A program made the position numbers and the translations under genes. The notes beneath the pieces were generated by a model, which saw only the letters and a list, made by a program, of their open reading frames with translations, made no database searches and had not been told where the DNA came from. From an uncultured Candidatus Saccharibacteria bacterium (lineage in GTDB: Bacteria > Patescibacteriota > Minisyncoccia > Phycocordibacterales > WO2-35-19), in assembly GCA_964489135.1 (NCBI GenBank), contig CAZAXK010000001.1:20615-84614 (forward strand): a stretch of DNA of 64,000 nucleotides. Direction: 5' to 3'. This document shows positions 9,765-19,142 of the stretch, piece after piece (the stretch's first letter is position 1; the number at the start of each line of letters is the position of its first letter).

Positions 9765-10229
9765 ATGAAGGATTGTGATCATACAAGTGTCGGGATGCTT
9801 GTCTACAATGAGGATAAACTCCTTTTAATAGAGCGCGCCAGATTTCCGTTTGGTTTTGCCATTCCAGCTGGACACGTAGATCATGACAAATCATACGAAG
9901 AGGCAGCGGTCAGAGAATTGAAGGAAGAGGTTGGTCTAGAAGTAAAAAGTCTGACTCTTGTGACAGAGGGTAAAAAAACAAATCCTTGCAGAAGAGAGGG
10001 AGGTACGTGGCACTACTGGAAAATATACAAGGTGGAATTTGAAGGCGGGCTTGAAAGAAGCGCTGACGAAACAAAACAGGCCAATTGGTACGACAAGTCC
10101 AAAATCCAAGAATTAGCCACGAAAACAGCTCAGTATTACGCTAAAGAAATTTCTGAAGAGGAGTGGGCAAAAAATCCTGGGTTAGAACCAGTAATGTATG
10201 ATTGGTTTAAAGAACTCAATATAATTTAA
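9765..10229 (+). CDS. NUDIX hydrolase
   Basis: Nudix box GHVDHDKSYEEAAVRELKEEVG. Confidence 0.9.
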   Translation: MKDCDHTSVGMLVYNEDKLLLIERARFPFGFAIPAGHVDHDKSYEEAAVRELKEEVGLEVKSLTLVTEGKKTNPCRREGGTWHYWKIYKVEFEGGLERSADETKQANWYDKSKIQELATKTAQYYAKEISEEEWAKNPGLEPVMYDWFKELNII

Positions 10230-10234
10230 TAGCA

Positions 10235-10696
10235 ATGAAAATCACCATTTGTGGCAGTATTGCATTTTATAAGGAAATGGAGGAAACGCGAGACAAGCTA
10301 ATTAAGCTTGGACACGAAGTCAAAATCCCTGAGCTCGCCATGGAAGTCCCCGAAGAATATGGGGGAGGAAAGAAGGTATACTTTGGTCAATATATAGAAG
10401 ATAACGGAGGGATAGACGCCTTCAAGCCAGAGCACAAGTTGTGGAGTTTGAAGGAAAGCGCAATCAAGGACCATTTCGAAAAGATTGATTGGGCTGATGC
10501 AGTACTTATAGTTAATCCCGAAAAAAGAGGAGTATCTGGTTATGTAGGAGGAAATACTTTGATTGAAATTGGTGTAGCATTCTACACAAAAAAGAAAGTA
10601 TTTATTTTGAATGACGTGTCAGCTACTCTTTCATATAAACAGGAGATACTCGGTATGAAGCCAATTGTCCTAAATGGCGATTTGGGTAAAATATAA
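10235..10696 (+). CDS. Nucleoside 2-deoxyribosyltransferase-like protein
   Basis: KITICGS start, HFEKIDWADAVL, GYVGGNTLIEIGVAF fit the NDT-like fold. Confidence 0.6.
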   Translation: MKITICGSIAFYKEMEETRDKLIKLGHEVKIPELAMEVPEEYGGGKKVYFGQYIEDNGGIDAFKPEHKLWSLKESAIKDHFEKIDWADAVLIVNPEKRGVSGYVGGNTLIEIGVAFYTKKKVFILNDVSATLSYKQEILGMKPIVLNGDLGKI

Positions 10697-10698
10697 AA

Positions 10699-11472
10699 AT
10701 GAAATTAATTACACTAAACACTTGGGGTGGGAGAGCGGGCAAAGAAGGATTGCTCCAATTTTTTGCAGAGCACAGGAATATCGATATATTCTGTCTTCAA
10801 GAAATATGGTCAGCGCCATATGAGCACCTAGAAGGACAACTCGCCGGAGGACTGCGGATCGATAATTCTAGGGTTATGACGTACGGAATGCAAGAAATCT
10901 CTGGCCTTCTTGCGGATGAGTTCAACGCATTCTTCAACCCTAATCATGGCGATCATTATGGCCTTATGATGTTGGTACGCAAGAATCTTAACGTAGTGGC
11001 AAAGGGAGAAGTGTTTGTATACAAAGAAAAAGGTTACGTGGAAACATGGGATGTCGGTGATCATGCAAGAAATATTCAATACTTAACGTTGAATATTAAC
11101 GACCAACCACTTACAGTTATGAATTTCCACGGTTTATGGAACGGGAAGGGAAAAATAGACTCGGAAGATAGAATAGATCAATCGAAAAAGATAGTCGACT
11201 TTCTCAAGTCATTGAATGGAGATTGCGTTTTTGCCGGCGACTTTAATTTGTTGCCAGACACAGAGAGTATGAAAATAATTGAATCTGCGGGTCTCAAGAA
11301 TCTTGTGAGAAATTACGGTATAACTTCGACCAGAACCTCGATTTACAAGAAGCCAGAAAAGCATGCTAGCTACGTGCTCGTTTCTGATAATATAGAGGTA
11401 AAAGATTTTAGAGTATTACCAGACGAAGTATCAGACCACTCACCACTATTTTTAGATTTTGAGTTAAAATAA
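10699..11472 (+). CDS. Endonuclease/exonuclease/phosphatase family protein
   Basis: TLNTW, CLQE, GDFN, SDH motifs. Confidence 0.9.
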   Translation: MKLITLNTWGGRAGKEGLLQFFAEHRNIDIFCLQEIWSAPYEHLEGQLAGGLRIDNSRVMTYGMQEISGLLADEFNAFFNPNHGDHYGLMMLVRKNLNVVAKGEVFVYKEKGYVETWDVGDHARNIQYLTLNINDQPLTVMNFHGLWNGKGKIDSEDRIDQSKKIVDFLKSLNGDCVFAGDFNLLPDTESMKIIESAGLKNLVRNYGITSTRTSIYKKPEKHASYVLVSDNIEVKDFRVLPDEVSDHSPLFLDFELK

Positions 11473-11477
11473 TAACT

Positions 11478-13358
11478 ATGACATCTGCAGAAGTTAGAAA
11501 GAAATATTTGGAATTTTTTGAGAAGAGGGGACACAAAGTGATCCCGAGCGCTCCTTTGGTGCCTGAGAACGACCCGACCACACTTTTTACAGCATCTGGT
11601 ATGCAACCAATGGTGCCTTATCTTCTTGGACAAAAGCACCCTCTCGGTAAAAGAATTTCTGACTCACAAAAATCATTTAGGACAGTGGATATCGATGAGG
11701 TTGGAGATAATCGCCACACCACATTTTTTGAAATGCTCGGTAATTGGTCACTTGGTGATTATTTCAAAAAGGAACAAATCGAATGGATGTTTGAATTTTT
11801 AATTGATGAAGTTGGTATCGACCCAAATAGACTTTATGTCACAACCTTTATAGGAGATGAGGACAACAAAATTCCGAAAGACACTGAATCTGCACAAATA
11901 TGGAAATCTCTTTTTGCAACCAAAGGAATAGAAGCAAAAGAAGTTGAGATTGGAAGCGAAGAAAACGGTTACAAGGTCGGTATGCAAAATGGAAGAATTT
12001 TTTATTATGATGTAAAGAAAAATTGGTGGAGCAGGGCAGGAACACCTGCAAATATGCCAGCTGGCGAACCTGGGGGTCCAGATTCAGAAATGTTTTATGA
12101 ATTTACTGATGTTGCCCATAATAAAGAATTTGGTGAGCATTGTCATCCAAATTGCGATTGCGGAAGGTTTTTGGAAATTGGAAATAATGTGTTTATGGAA
12201 TACATCAAAAATTCTGACGGCACATTTTCAAACCTACCGCAACAAAATGTTGATTTTGGCGGCGGTTTAGAACGTCTGGTGATGGCTACAAGTAACTGTC
12301 CAGATGTAATAGAGGTAAATCATGCGCCAATTATTGCTTACCTTGAAAAAGCTTCGGGTAAAAAATACAAACAAAATCAAATAGAGACGAAAGCATTCCG
12401 TGTAATTGCGGATCATATGAAAGCCGCGACATTTTTAATATCAGACGGTGTACTCCCATCAAATACCGATAGAGGTTATTTTGTCAGAAGACTAATACGC
12501 CGAAGTGTAAGATTCGCTGATTCGTTAGGAATAAAGGAAAATTTACTTTCAGAGATTGTCTACCCAGTTGCAGAAATGTATAAAGATTCTTATCCGGACG
12601 TTAGTCAGAAAATAAAAATTATATCTGAAGAGATTAAATTAGAAGAAGAAAAGTTTAGGAATACTCTCGAAAAAGGTTTGAGGGAATTTGAAAAGGGCAC
12701 TGATCCATTTGTTCTCTTCACCTCCTACGGCTTTCCATTTGAGCTGACTCTCGAACTCGCCAAAGAGAAGGGAATGAAAATAGATGAGGAAAAGTTTAAA
12801 AAAGATTTGGAAGCGCACCAAGAGCTTAGCCGTGCCGGAAGCGAGCAAAAGTTTAAAGGCGGGCTCGGGGACACTAGCGAAATGTCGGTCAAGTATCACA
12901 CTGCTACACACCTGCTTCACAAGGCGCTCCGCGAAGTGCTCGGGGAGCATGTGGAACAAAAGGGTAGCAACATTACTCCCGAAAGACTCCGCTTCGACTT
13001 TTCTCACCCCCAAAAAATGACTGATGATGAGAAGAAGAGGGTTGAAGATATTGTCAATCAGAAAATTGCCGAGGATTTGCCAGTCCAAAATATTGTCTTA
13101 CCGAAAGAAGAGGCACTCCAGACCGGCGCGCTACATTTCTTCGGCGAGAAGTACGGCGACCAAGTATCTGTCTATTGTATAGGAGAGGATCTCGAAACCG
13201 CTTACTCAAAAGAATTTTGTGGGGGACCCCACGTTGAGAGAACTGGCGATCTAGCTCGATCGAGCAACCCTTCGACAAGCTCAGGGTTAAAATTTTCAAT
13301 TTTAAAAGAAGAAGCCGTTGCACAAGGGATAAGGAGGATAAAAGCAGCGCTCGAATAA
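11478..13358 (+). CDS. alaS: Alanine-tRNA ligase, short form lacking C-Ala
   Basis: DPTTLFT, HTTFFEMLGNWS, DFGGGLER; editing motifs HTATHLLH and CGGPH. Confidence 0.97.
   Translation: MTSAEVRKKYLEFFEKRGHKVIPSAPLVPENDPTTLFTASGMQPMVPYLLGQKHPLGKRISDSQKSFRTVDIDEVGDNRHTTFFEMLGNWSLGDYFKKEQIEWMFEFLIDEVGIDPNRLYVTTFIGDEDNKIPKDTESAQIWKSLFATKGIEAKEVEIGSEENGYKVGMQNGRIFYYDVKKNWWSRAGTPANMPAGEPGGPDSEMFYEFTDVAHNKEFGEHCHPNCDCGRFLEIGNNVFMEYIKNSDGTFSNLPQQNVDFGGGLERLVMATSNCPDVIEVNHAPIIAYLEKASGKKYKQNQIETKAFRVIADHMKAATFLISDGVLPSNTDRGYFVRRLIRRSVRFADSLGIKENLLSEIVYPVAEMYKDSYPDVSQKIKIISEEIKLEEEKFRNTLEKGLREFEKGTDPFVLFTSYGFPFELTLELAKEKGMKIDEEKFKKDLEAHQELSRAGSEQKFKGGLGDTSEMSVKYHTATHLLHKALREVLGEHVEQKGSNITPERLRFDFSHPQKMTDDEKKRVEDIVNQKIAEDLPVQNIVLPKEEALQTGALHFFGEKYGDQVSVYCIGEDLETAYSKEFCGGPHVERTGDLARSSNPSTSSGLKFSILKEEAVAQGIRRIKAALE
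13266..13288 (+). repeat. Short hairpin repeat in frame in alaS
   Basis: AACCCT-TCGACAAGCTC-AGGGTT; encodes NPSTSSGL in an apparent insertion between CGGPHV...GDL and FSILKEE. Confidence 0.6.
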
Positions 13359-13413
13359 ATTCTTTTTCCACACAAAATTTTATTTGCAACTTAAAAGGTT
13401 GTATAATCGGACT

Positions 13414-14790
13414 ATGCCAAGAGTTCAATTTAGTGATGTCGTTCCTCCAGAAAAACGAAGCATCCGCAACATTCCTATTCCAAATTCCGCACGGAGAACC
13501 AAAACTCCTTCTTCGCCGATCAAGACAAACGTTGAGCCAGAGATCTTTAACGAACCCATAATCGTAACCGACACCCCTGCTCCCAAGTACCCCGAATCGA
13601 ATCCGGTGAACATCACCAAGAAAAGAACCGAACACTACTATCACGAAGACGGCTTCCCAAATCCCAAGAAACGCAGATGGATTTTTGGCGTGCTTACCGT
13701 ATTTTGTATCGTTGCCTTTGTTGCAATAATGATGACCATCTTCTCTTCGGCAACCGTAGGCGTCATTCCTCAGTCACAAACTCTTGCGGTGGCAACCAAG
13801 ATCGAGGCCGGTCCGGAAATAGCAGGCGCAAGTAGAGTACCTTACGAAATCGTCAAAACAGTCAAGACCGACAGCGTCTCTGTCGATGCAACCGATGAGG
13901 AGATGGTAGAGCGCAAGGCCTCAGGCAAGATCGTAGTCTACAACAACTTTTCAAGCGAGCCGCAACGTCTCATTATTCGTACCCGATTTGAAAGTTCTGA
14001 CGGTCTTATTTATCGCATTCCCGAATCGATCACCGTACCGGGCAAAACGGCGACCGGACCTGGGTCTCTAGAAGTCGAGGTTTTCGCCGACGAACCGGGC
14101 GAGAAGTACAATATCGGCAAAACCGACTTCACCATCCCCGGATTCAAGACCGACAAGGACCGATACACCAATTTCTATGCCAAATCTTCATCCGAAATGT
14201 CTGGAGGACTAGTAGGAAAGGTAAAGAAGATAGATGCAAACACCCGAACGACCGCTCTCCAAAAGCTCGATGATAGTTTGCGAGGTGAAATCGAGAAGGA
14301 GCTTGCGCTGCAAACCCCTTCCGGCCTAGTAATGCTCAGCGGCTCGGTATTTTTCGAATCCAAGGAATTGCCTCAGAAAGATTCTGGTAGCACCGCAACC
14401 CTGACCAAAGAGGTTACCGGCTATGCACTCATGCTAAGAAAAGACCTTCTTTCTAAAGTCCTAGTTGATCAATACCTTTCGTCATCAACCGATTGGCAGG
14501 GTATTCAGGCGACTATCCCAGACTTTTCTAATATAAAAGTGTCTGAAAAGCCCACCTCCGTTCCAAAGGCCGGAGATATGGTGATGCTCAAAATCGAAGG
14601 CAACGCTTTGGCTAAGGCCCAAATTGACGCAAATATTTTAAGTGAGGCCCTAGCGGGTGCAAACCGCAACGCTATTTCCTCAATTGTCCAAAAAATCGCC
14701 GGAATAGAGAGTGTGAAGGTCAGCATCAGGCCGGCGTGGAAGCGCTCCTTGCCCGACCGAGGAGATAAAATATATATTGACATCGAATAA
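13414..14790 (+). CDS. Membrane-anchored CPR hypothetical protein (baseplate-J-like segment)
   Basis: Single TM segment, then KASGKIVVYN...TRF...VPG...ADEPGEKYNI...FTIPG. TATAAT lies 6 nt upstream of ATG 13414. Confidence 0.65.
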   Translation: MPRVQFSDVVPPEKRSIRNIPIPNSARRTKTPSSPIKTNVEPEIFNEPIIVTDTPAPKYPESNPVNITKKRTEHYYHEDGFPNPKKRRWIFGVLTVFCIVAFVAIMMTIFSSATVGVIPQSQTLAVATKIEAGPEIAGASRVPYEIVKTVKTDSVSVDATDEEMVERKASGKIVVYNNFSSEPQRLIIRTRFESSDGLIYRIPESITVPGKTATGPGSLEVEVFADEPGEKYNIGKTDFTIPGFKTDKDRYTNFYAKSSSEMSGGLVGKVKKIDANTRTTALQKLDDSLRGEIEKELALQTPSGLVMLSGSVFFESKELPQKDSGSTATLTKEVTGYALMLRKDLLSKVLVDQYLSSSTDWQGIQATIPDFSNIKVSEKPTSVPKAGDMVMLKIEGNALAKAQIDANILSEALAGANRNAISSIVQKIAGIESVKVSIRPAWKRSLPDRGDKIYIDIE

Positions 14791-14833
14791 CGCTTTGTGA
14801 TAGTCTTTACCGACAAGCGTGTTTCATTAAAAA

Positions 14834-15091
14834 ATGACGGATAAAAAAGGCCAGGAAGTCAGTTTGGGTACAGTTACAGAAGCGCTTCCAAACGCGCTGT
14901 TCAAGGTAAGGCTCGATAAAGCCGAACCGGAAATAATGGCCTATATTTCGGGTAAAATGCGACTCAATCGGATCAAGGTCCTGATAGGGGATCGTGTAGA
15001 ACTTGTGCTTGACCCGTATGGGGGAAGAGCCAGAATTGTCCGCCGAATAGACAACAGAAAGACGCAAGGTGAGAACGAATTAGCCAAATGA
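14834..15091 (+). CDS. infA: Translation initiation factor IF-1
   Basis: [29 protein letters not shown]. Confidence 0.95.
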   Translation: MTDKKGQEVSLGTVTEALPNALFKVRLDKAEPEIMAYISGKMRLNRIKVLIGDRVELVLDPYGGRARIVRRIDNRKTQGENELAK

Positions 15092-15204
15092 AAGTCAAAG
15101 CTTCGGTCAAAAAAATATGCGCCAAATGCAAGCTGGTGCGCCGGCGTGGCGTTTTGTTTGTTATTTGCAAGAGCAACCCAAAGCACAAGCAAAGGCAAGG
15201 ATAA
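15088..15204 (+). CDS. rpmJ: 50S ribosomal protein L36 (not in the ORF track)
   Basis: Manual translation [38 protein letters not shown]; Zn-binding form. Confidence 0.97.
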   Translation: MKVKASVKKICAKCKLVRRRGVLFVICKSNPKHKQRQG

Positions 15205-15251
15205 TCGATGATAGATTTAAATTTTGAGATATAATTTTTGAGATAAATATA

Positions 15252-15632
15252 ATGAGAATACTAGGCATCACAATTCCAGAAGAAAAGCGACTCGAAATCG
15301 GTCTGACCACCCTTTTTGGTGTCGGCCGATCCCGCGCTCAAAAGATATTGAGTGAAGCCGGCGTGGAATGGGGTGCCAAGCCCAAGGACCTCAATACCGA
15401 AAAGGAGAATGAGATCCGCAAGATAGTCGAGAGTCTCCGCATCGAAGGCGACTTGAAGCGTGAGGTTGCCTCCAACGTAAAGCGCCTCAAAGACATCAAG
15501 GCCTACCGCGGATTGCGACATATAAGGAGTCTTCCTGTAAGAGGCCAGCGCACCAAGACCAATTCTCGAACCCGTCGAGGCAATGTTCGCAAGACTGCTG
15601 GTACTGGTAGAAGGGCGGTTGAGAAGAAATAG
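15252..15632 (+). CDS. rpsM: 30S ribosomal protein S13
   Basis: YRGLRH..LPVRGQRTKTNSRTR. Confidence 0.97.
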   Translation: MRILGITIPEEKRLEIGLTTLFGVGRSRAQKILSEAGVEWGAKPKDLNTEKENEIRKIVESLRIEGDLKREVASNVKRLKDIKAYRGLRHIRSLPVRGQRTKTNSRTRRGNVRKTAGTGRRAVEKK

Positions 15633-15684
15633 AACACGACACCAATACACGAATTCAAACGAATAACACAAATATATAAATAAA

Positions 15685-16110
15685 ATGGGAAAGAAAAGAA
15701 TTGCAACATCAGAACAAGCAGGGGCCGAGGCTTCGCAGGGAGCCAAGTCCGGAGGCAAAAAGAAGGTTGATGCCGGTATTTTGCACGTAGAATCGACTTA
15801 CAACAACACCAAACTCCTCCTGACTGATAAGAAGGGCAACGCGGTTTTGGCTTCGTCGAGTGGCAAGCTTGGATTCAAGGGTGCAAAGAAAGGCACACCA
15901 TTCGCCTCTGCCAAAGTAGGCGAGACACTCGGTACCCTAGCTCACGAAATGGGAGTAAAGGAAGTATCGGTAGTGGTCAAAGGTGTGGGCTCGGGTCGCG
16001 AATCAGCAATCAGAGGATTTATCAGCAAGGGTATAAACCTCACATCAATCAAAGATGTAACGCCGGTGCCTCACAACGGACCGAAGCCCAAGAAACCCCG
16101 TCGCGTATAA
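15685..16110 (+). CDS. rpsK: 30S ribosomal protein S11
   Basis: STYNNT, GFKGAKKGTPFA, DVTPVPHNG. Confidence 0.97.
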   Translation: MGKKRIATSEQAGAEASQGAKSGGKKKVDAGILHVESTYNNTKLLLTDKKGNAVLASSSGKLGFKGAKKGTPFASAKVGETLGTLAHEMGVKEVSVVVKGVGSGRESAIRGFISKGINLTSIKDVTPVPHNGPKPKKPRRV

Positions 16111-16152
16111 TCTTTCATATTATTTCGTAACTTTTCGTATAAATTTCGTATC

Positions 16153-16752
16153 ATGAAAATCGGACCAAAATACAAAATAGCTAGACGCCTCGGAGCCCCC
16201 GTGTTTGAAAAGACGCAAACACAGAAGTTTGCCTTGCGTGAGGGCAAGAAATCCAAATTTGGCGGCAGACCCAAGACCGACTACGGCCTCCAGCTCAACG
16301 AAAAGCAAAAAGCCAAGATGTTTTATTCGGTCACCGAGAAACAGTTCGCGAAGTATGTCAGCAAATCTTTGGCCAAAGCTGGTTCACCAACCACCAATCT
16401 TCTCTCTGTGTTGGAAAAGAGATTGGACAACGTAGTCTGGAGAGCTGGCATGATCACCACTCACCGTGGTGCCCGACAAGCAGTAGCTCATGGACACTTT
16501 TTGGTCAACGGCCGAAGAACTTTCGTCCCATCTTATGAAGTAAAGGCAGGGGATGTAATAAGCATCCGAGAAGGAAGCAAGGGTAGCCGACTCTTCTCGG
16601 AGCTCGAGAATCGCCTTATGGAAATCCAAGCACCAGCTTGGCTTAAAGTTGACCCAAAGAAGAGAGAGGTGACGATCAAATCTGAGGCCATTGAGTCCCA
16701 GAATGAAATGCTTTTTGATCTGGGCCGAGTTATAGAATTTTATCAAAGATAA
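16153..16752 (+). CDS. rpsD: 30S ribosomal protein S4
   Basis: YGLQLNEKQK, LEKRLDNVV, ARQAVAHGH. Confidence 0.97.
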   Translation: MKIGPKYKIARRLGAPVFEKTQTQKFALREGKKSKFGGRPKTDYGLQLNEKQKAKMFYSVTEKQFAKYVSKSLAKAGSPTTNLLSVLEKRLDNVVWRAGMITTHRGARQAVAHGHFLVNGRRTFVPSYEVKAGDVISIREGSKGSRLFSELENRLMEIQAPAWLKVDPKKREVTIKSEAIESQNEMLFDLGRVIEFYQR

Positions 16753-16778
16753 AAATTAAAAAACTAATTACTAAACAC

Positions 16779-17744
16779 ATGGATAACTTCGATAAATCAA
16801 TCATCCTCCCTTCAAAACCTCGGATAGTGTCTGAGGAGGAGAACCGGGGCGTCTACGAAATAGACGGCTTTTATCCTGGCTACGGCTACACAATCGGCAA
16901 CAGTCTTCGCCGAATCATCCTTTCTTCGTTGCCGGGCACAGCGATCACCTCGATCAAGATCAATGGCGTAAACCACGAGTTTAGCAGTATTGATGGGGTA
17001 AAAGAAGACGCAGTTGTAATAATGCTCAATATCAAGAAGCTACGTCTCAAAATGACCGGCAACGAAGCACAGAAGCTCACGCTGAAGGCTAAGGGCCAGA
17101 CAGTCGTTACCGCCAAAGACATCGAAGTTCCTGGTCAAATCGAAATAATGAACCCAGAGCTCGTTATTGCAACTCTCACAGACAAGAGTGCCGTGCTAGA
17201 GATGGAATTGACTGCTGAGAAAGGTTTGGGCTTTGTCGCTCGTGATGCAGTGAGCAAGAACAAAACAGACATCGGTATTATAAACATCGACGCAAACTTC
17301 ACCCCAATCAGGAGAGCAAGCTACGAAGTAGAAAATATGCGCGTCGGCGACCGCACCGACTTCAATCGACTCCGAATCACTTTGGAAACCGACGGAAGCG
17401 TCAGCCCAAAGGAAGCGCTTGAAAAGTCGATCAATATTATGATAGAACAGCTCAAGGCCATCACCGGCTTCGAAGAGCGCGAGGAGATGGACTCGGAAGC
17501 AGAAGCTGAACCTCAAAGCACTCATAGCGAAACCAAGCTGGATGCCGAATTCCTCAAGACCCGCATCGAATCTCTTGAGCTCTCGGCTCGTACTCTGAAC
17601 GCTCTTACAAGCGCAAATATTCGCACTGTCGGTGGCTTGGCCCGCAAGAAAGAGAAGGACATTCTAGAAATAGAAGGTCTTGGAGCTAAGGGTGTCGCTG
17701 AAATTAAGCGTGTCCTTAGCGATCATGGCATCACACTGAAATAA
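16779..17744 (+). CDS. rpoA: RNA polymerase alpha subunit
   Basis: GYGYTIGNSLRRIILSS, HEFSSIDGVKED; alpha-CTD LELSARTLNAL. Confidence 0.97.
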   Translation: MDNFDKSIILPSKPRIVSEEENRGVYEIDGFYPGYGYTIGNSLRRIILSSLPGTAITSIKINGVNHEFSSIDGVKEDAVVIMLNIKKLRLKMTGNEAQKLTLKAKGQTVVTAKDIEVPGQIEIMNPELVIATLTDKSAVLEMELTAEKGLGFVARDAVSKNKTDIGIINIDANFTPIRRASYEVENMRVGDRTDFNRLRITLETDGSVSPKEALEKSINIMIEQLKAITGFEEREEMDSEAEAEPQSTHSETKLDAEFLKTRIESLELSARTLNALTSANIRTVGGLARKKEKDILEIEGLGAKGVAEIKRVLSDHGITLK

Positions 17745-17747
17745 AAC

Positions 17748-18098
17748 ATGCGTCATCACAACCAAAACAGAAAATTCGGAAGAGTAAGAAAGGTAAGAAG
17801 AGCTTTGCTCAACTCTCTGGCCCGATCTTTGGTCTTGCACGAACGAGTAGAAACAACTGAAGCCAAAGCCAAAGAAACTCGTCCTTTTGCCGAGAAGCTC
17901 GTAAGCAAAGCCAAAGTGGGTACCCTTGCGGCTACTCGAAGTTTGGTAGAAAAGGTGGGCAAGACTGCAACCAAAAAGTTGACCGATGAGCTCGCCAAGA
18001 GATACGAGAAGAGAAGTGGTGGCTATACCCGAATCACCAAGACCAAACCCCGACTTTCTGATGGTAGTAAGATGGCGATTATTGAGTTTATAAAGTAG
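17748..18098 (+). CDS. rplQ: 50S ribosomal protein L17
   Basis: MRH...TTEAKAKE...GGYTRI. Confidence 0.96.
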   Translation: MRHHNQNRKFGRVRKVRRALLNSLARSLVLHERVETTEAKAKETRPFAEKLVSKAKVGTLAATRSLVEKVGKTATKKLTDELAKRYEKRSGGYTRITKTKPRLSDGSKMAIIEFIK

Positions 18099-18119
18099 AA
18101 AGTTATAAAGTTGAAAGTT

Positions 18120-18464
18120 ATGGAACACACAATTGATGCACAAAACAAGAAGATAGGTAGAATCGCAAGCGAAGCGGCCAAATTGCTCATGGGCAAGAAC
18201 CGAACAGATTTTGTGCGCAACGCGATCCCTGACGTTACGGTCAAAATCGTCAACGCCGGCAAGATAGACATCACCAACAAAAAGCTCAATACCAAATCCT
18301 ACAAGAGCTACTCCGGCTATCCGGGTGGCTTGAAGGAAGTCAGCATGAAGAAGCTCGTAGCCGATAAAGGCAACAAAGAAGCATTCAGAAAGGCAGTGAG
18401 TGGCATGTTGCCCAAAAATAAGCTTCGCGACCGAATGATGAAGAATTTAATTGTCACAGATTAA
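18120..18464 (+). CDS. rplM: 50S ribosomal protein L13
   Basis: IDA..GRIAS, SGYPGGLK, GMLPKNKL. Confidence 0.95.
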   Translation: MEHTIDAQNKKIGRIASEAAKLLMGKNRTDFVRNAIPDVTVKIVNAGKIDITNKKLNTKSYKSYSGYPGGLKEVSMKKLVADKGNKEAFRKAVSGMLPKNKLRDRMMKNLIVTD

Positions 18465-18570
18465 TTTTCAAGTATCAATTACCAATTTACAATAAATTAC
18501 AAAATTTTCAATTTTCAATCATTGAGACAATGAAAATTTAATGAAAACTGAAAATTCTAAATTGAAAATT
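18462..18570. repeat. Inverted arrays of degenerate heptamer repeats (ATTTTCA / TGAAAAT)
   Basis: Left arm of ATTTTCA/ATTACCA/ATTTACA units, right arm of TGAAAAT/TGAAAAC units. Confidence 0.65.
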
Positions 18571-18581
18571 TAAATAAAAAC

Positions 18582-18986
18582 ATGACAGAGAAAGCAAAAG
18601 ACAAATACATAGAAGCCGTAGGACGCAGAAAGACCGCTATCGCCCGCGTGCGCCTAACCCCAAGCTCCAAGACTTCCTACAAAGTGAACGAGCGTGATCT
18701 CGCAACCTACTTCCCAACAGAAGAATTGCGCAAGGTCGCCGAAGAGGCGATTGGTAAGGTCAAGGGGGCTCACTTTGCTGTTTCTGCTCAACTTAAGGGT
18801 GGTGGTATACACTCACAGGCCGAAGCACTTCGCCACGGTATCGCAAGAGCCCTAGTGCTCCACGAAGCCGGAGCCAAGAGCTTGCTCAAGCCGGCTGGAC
18901 TATTGAAACGCGACCCTCGCGCCAAGGAACGACGTAAATTCGGTCTCAAGAAAGCCCGCAAAGCCCCACAATGGAGTAAACGCTAG
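18582..18986 (+). CDS. rpsI: 30S ribosomal protein S9
   Basis: GRRKTAIARV, GGGIHSQA, ERRKFGLKKARKAPQWSKR. Confidence 0.97.
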   Translation: MTEKAKDKYIEAVGRRKTAIARVRLTPSSKTSYKVNERDLATYFPTEELRKVAEEAIGKVKGAHFAVSAQLKGGGIHSQAEALRHGIARALVLHEAGAKSLLKPAGLLKRDPRAKERRKFGLKKARKAPQWSKR

Positions 18987-19003
18987 TCTCGCTCTATTGA
19001 CCA

Positions 19004-19120
19004 TAATCCCCCCAACCCCCTTTACCCTAAAGTGGGGAACGCGCAACTCATTGTTAATTTTGCGTGTTATAAATGGTAGTCACTCCCTCTTTAACGTAAA
19101 AGGGAGCCGGAGGGAGATTA
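19004..19120. repeat. Bipartite REP-like element between rpsI and grpE
   Basis: Terminal TAATCCCCC/GGGAGATTA enclosing two C-rich/G-rich hairpins. Confidence 0.55.
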
Positions 19121-19142
19121 GAAAATAAGTTATAATAGGAAT

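Noticed and set aside
13414-14790. Prophage baseplate gene
   Set aside because: It is membrane-anchored, sits among housekeeping genes and has no phage genes nearby.
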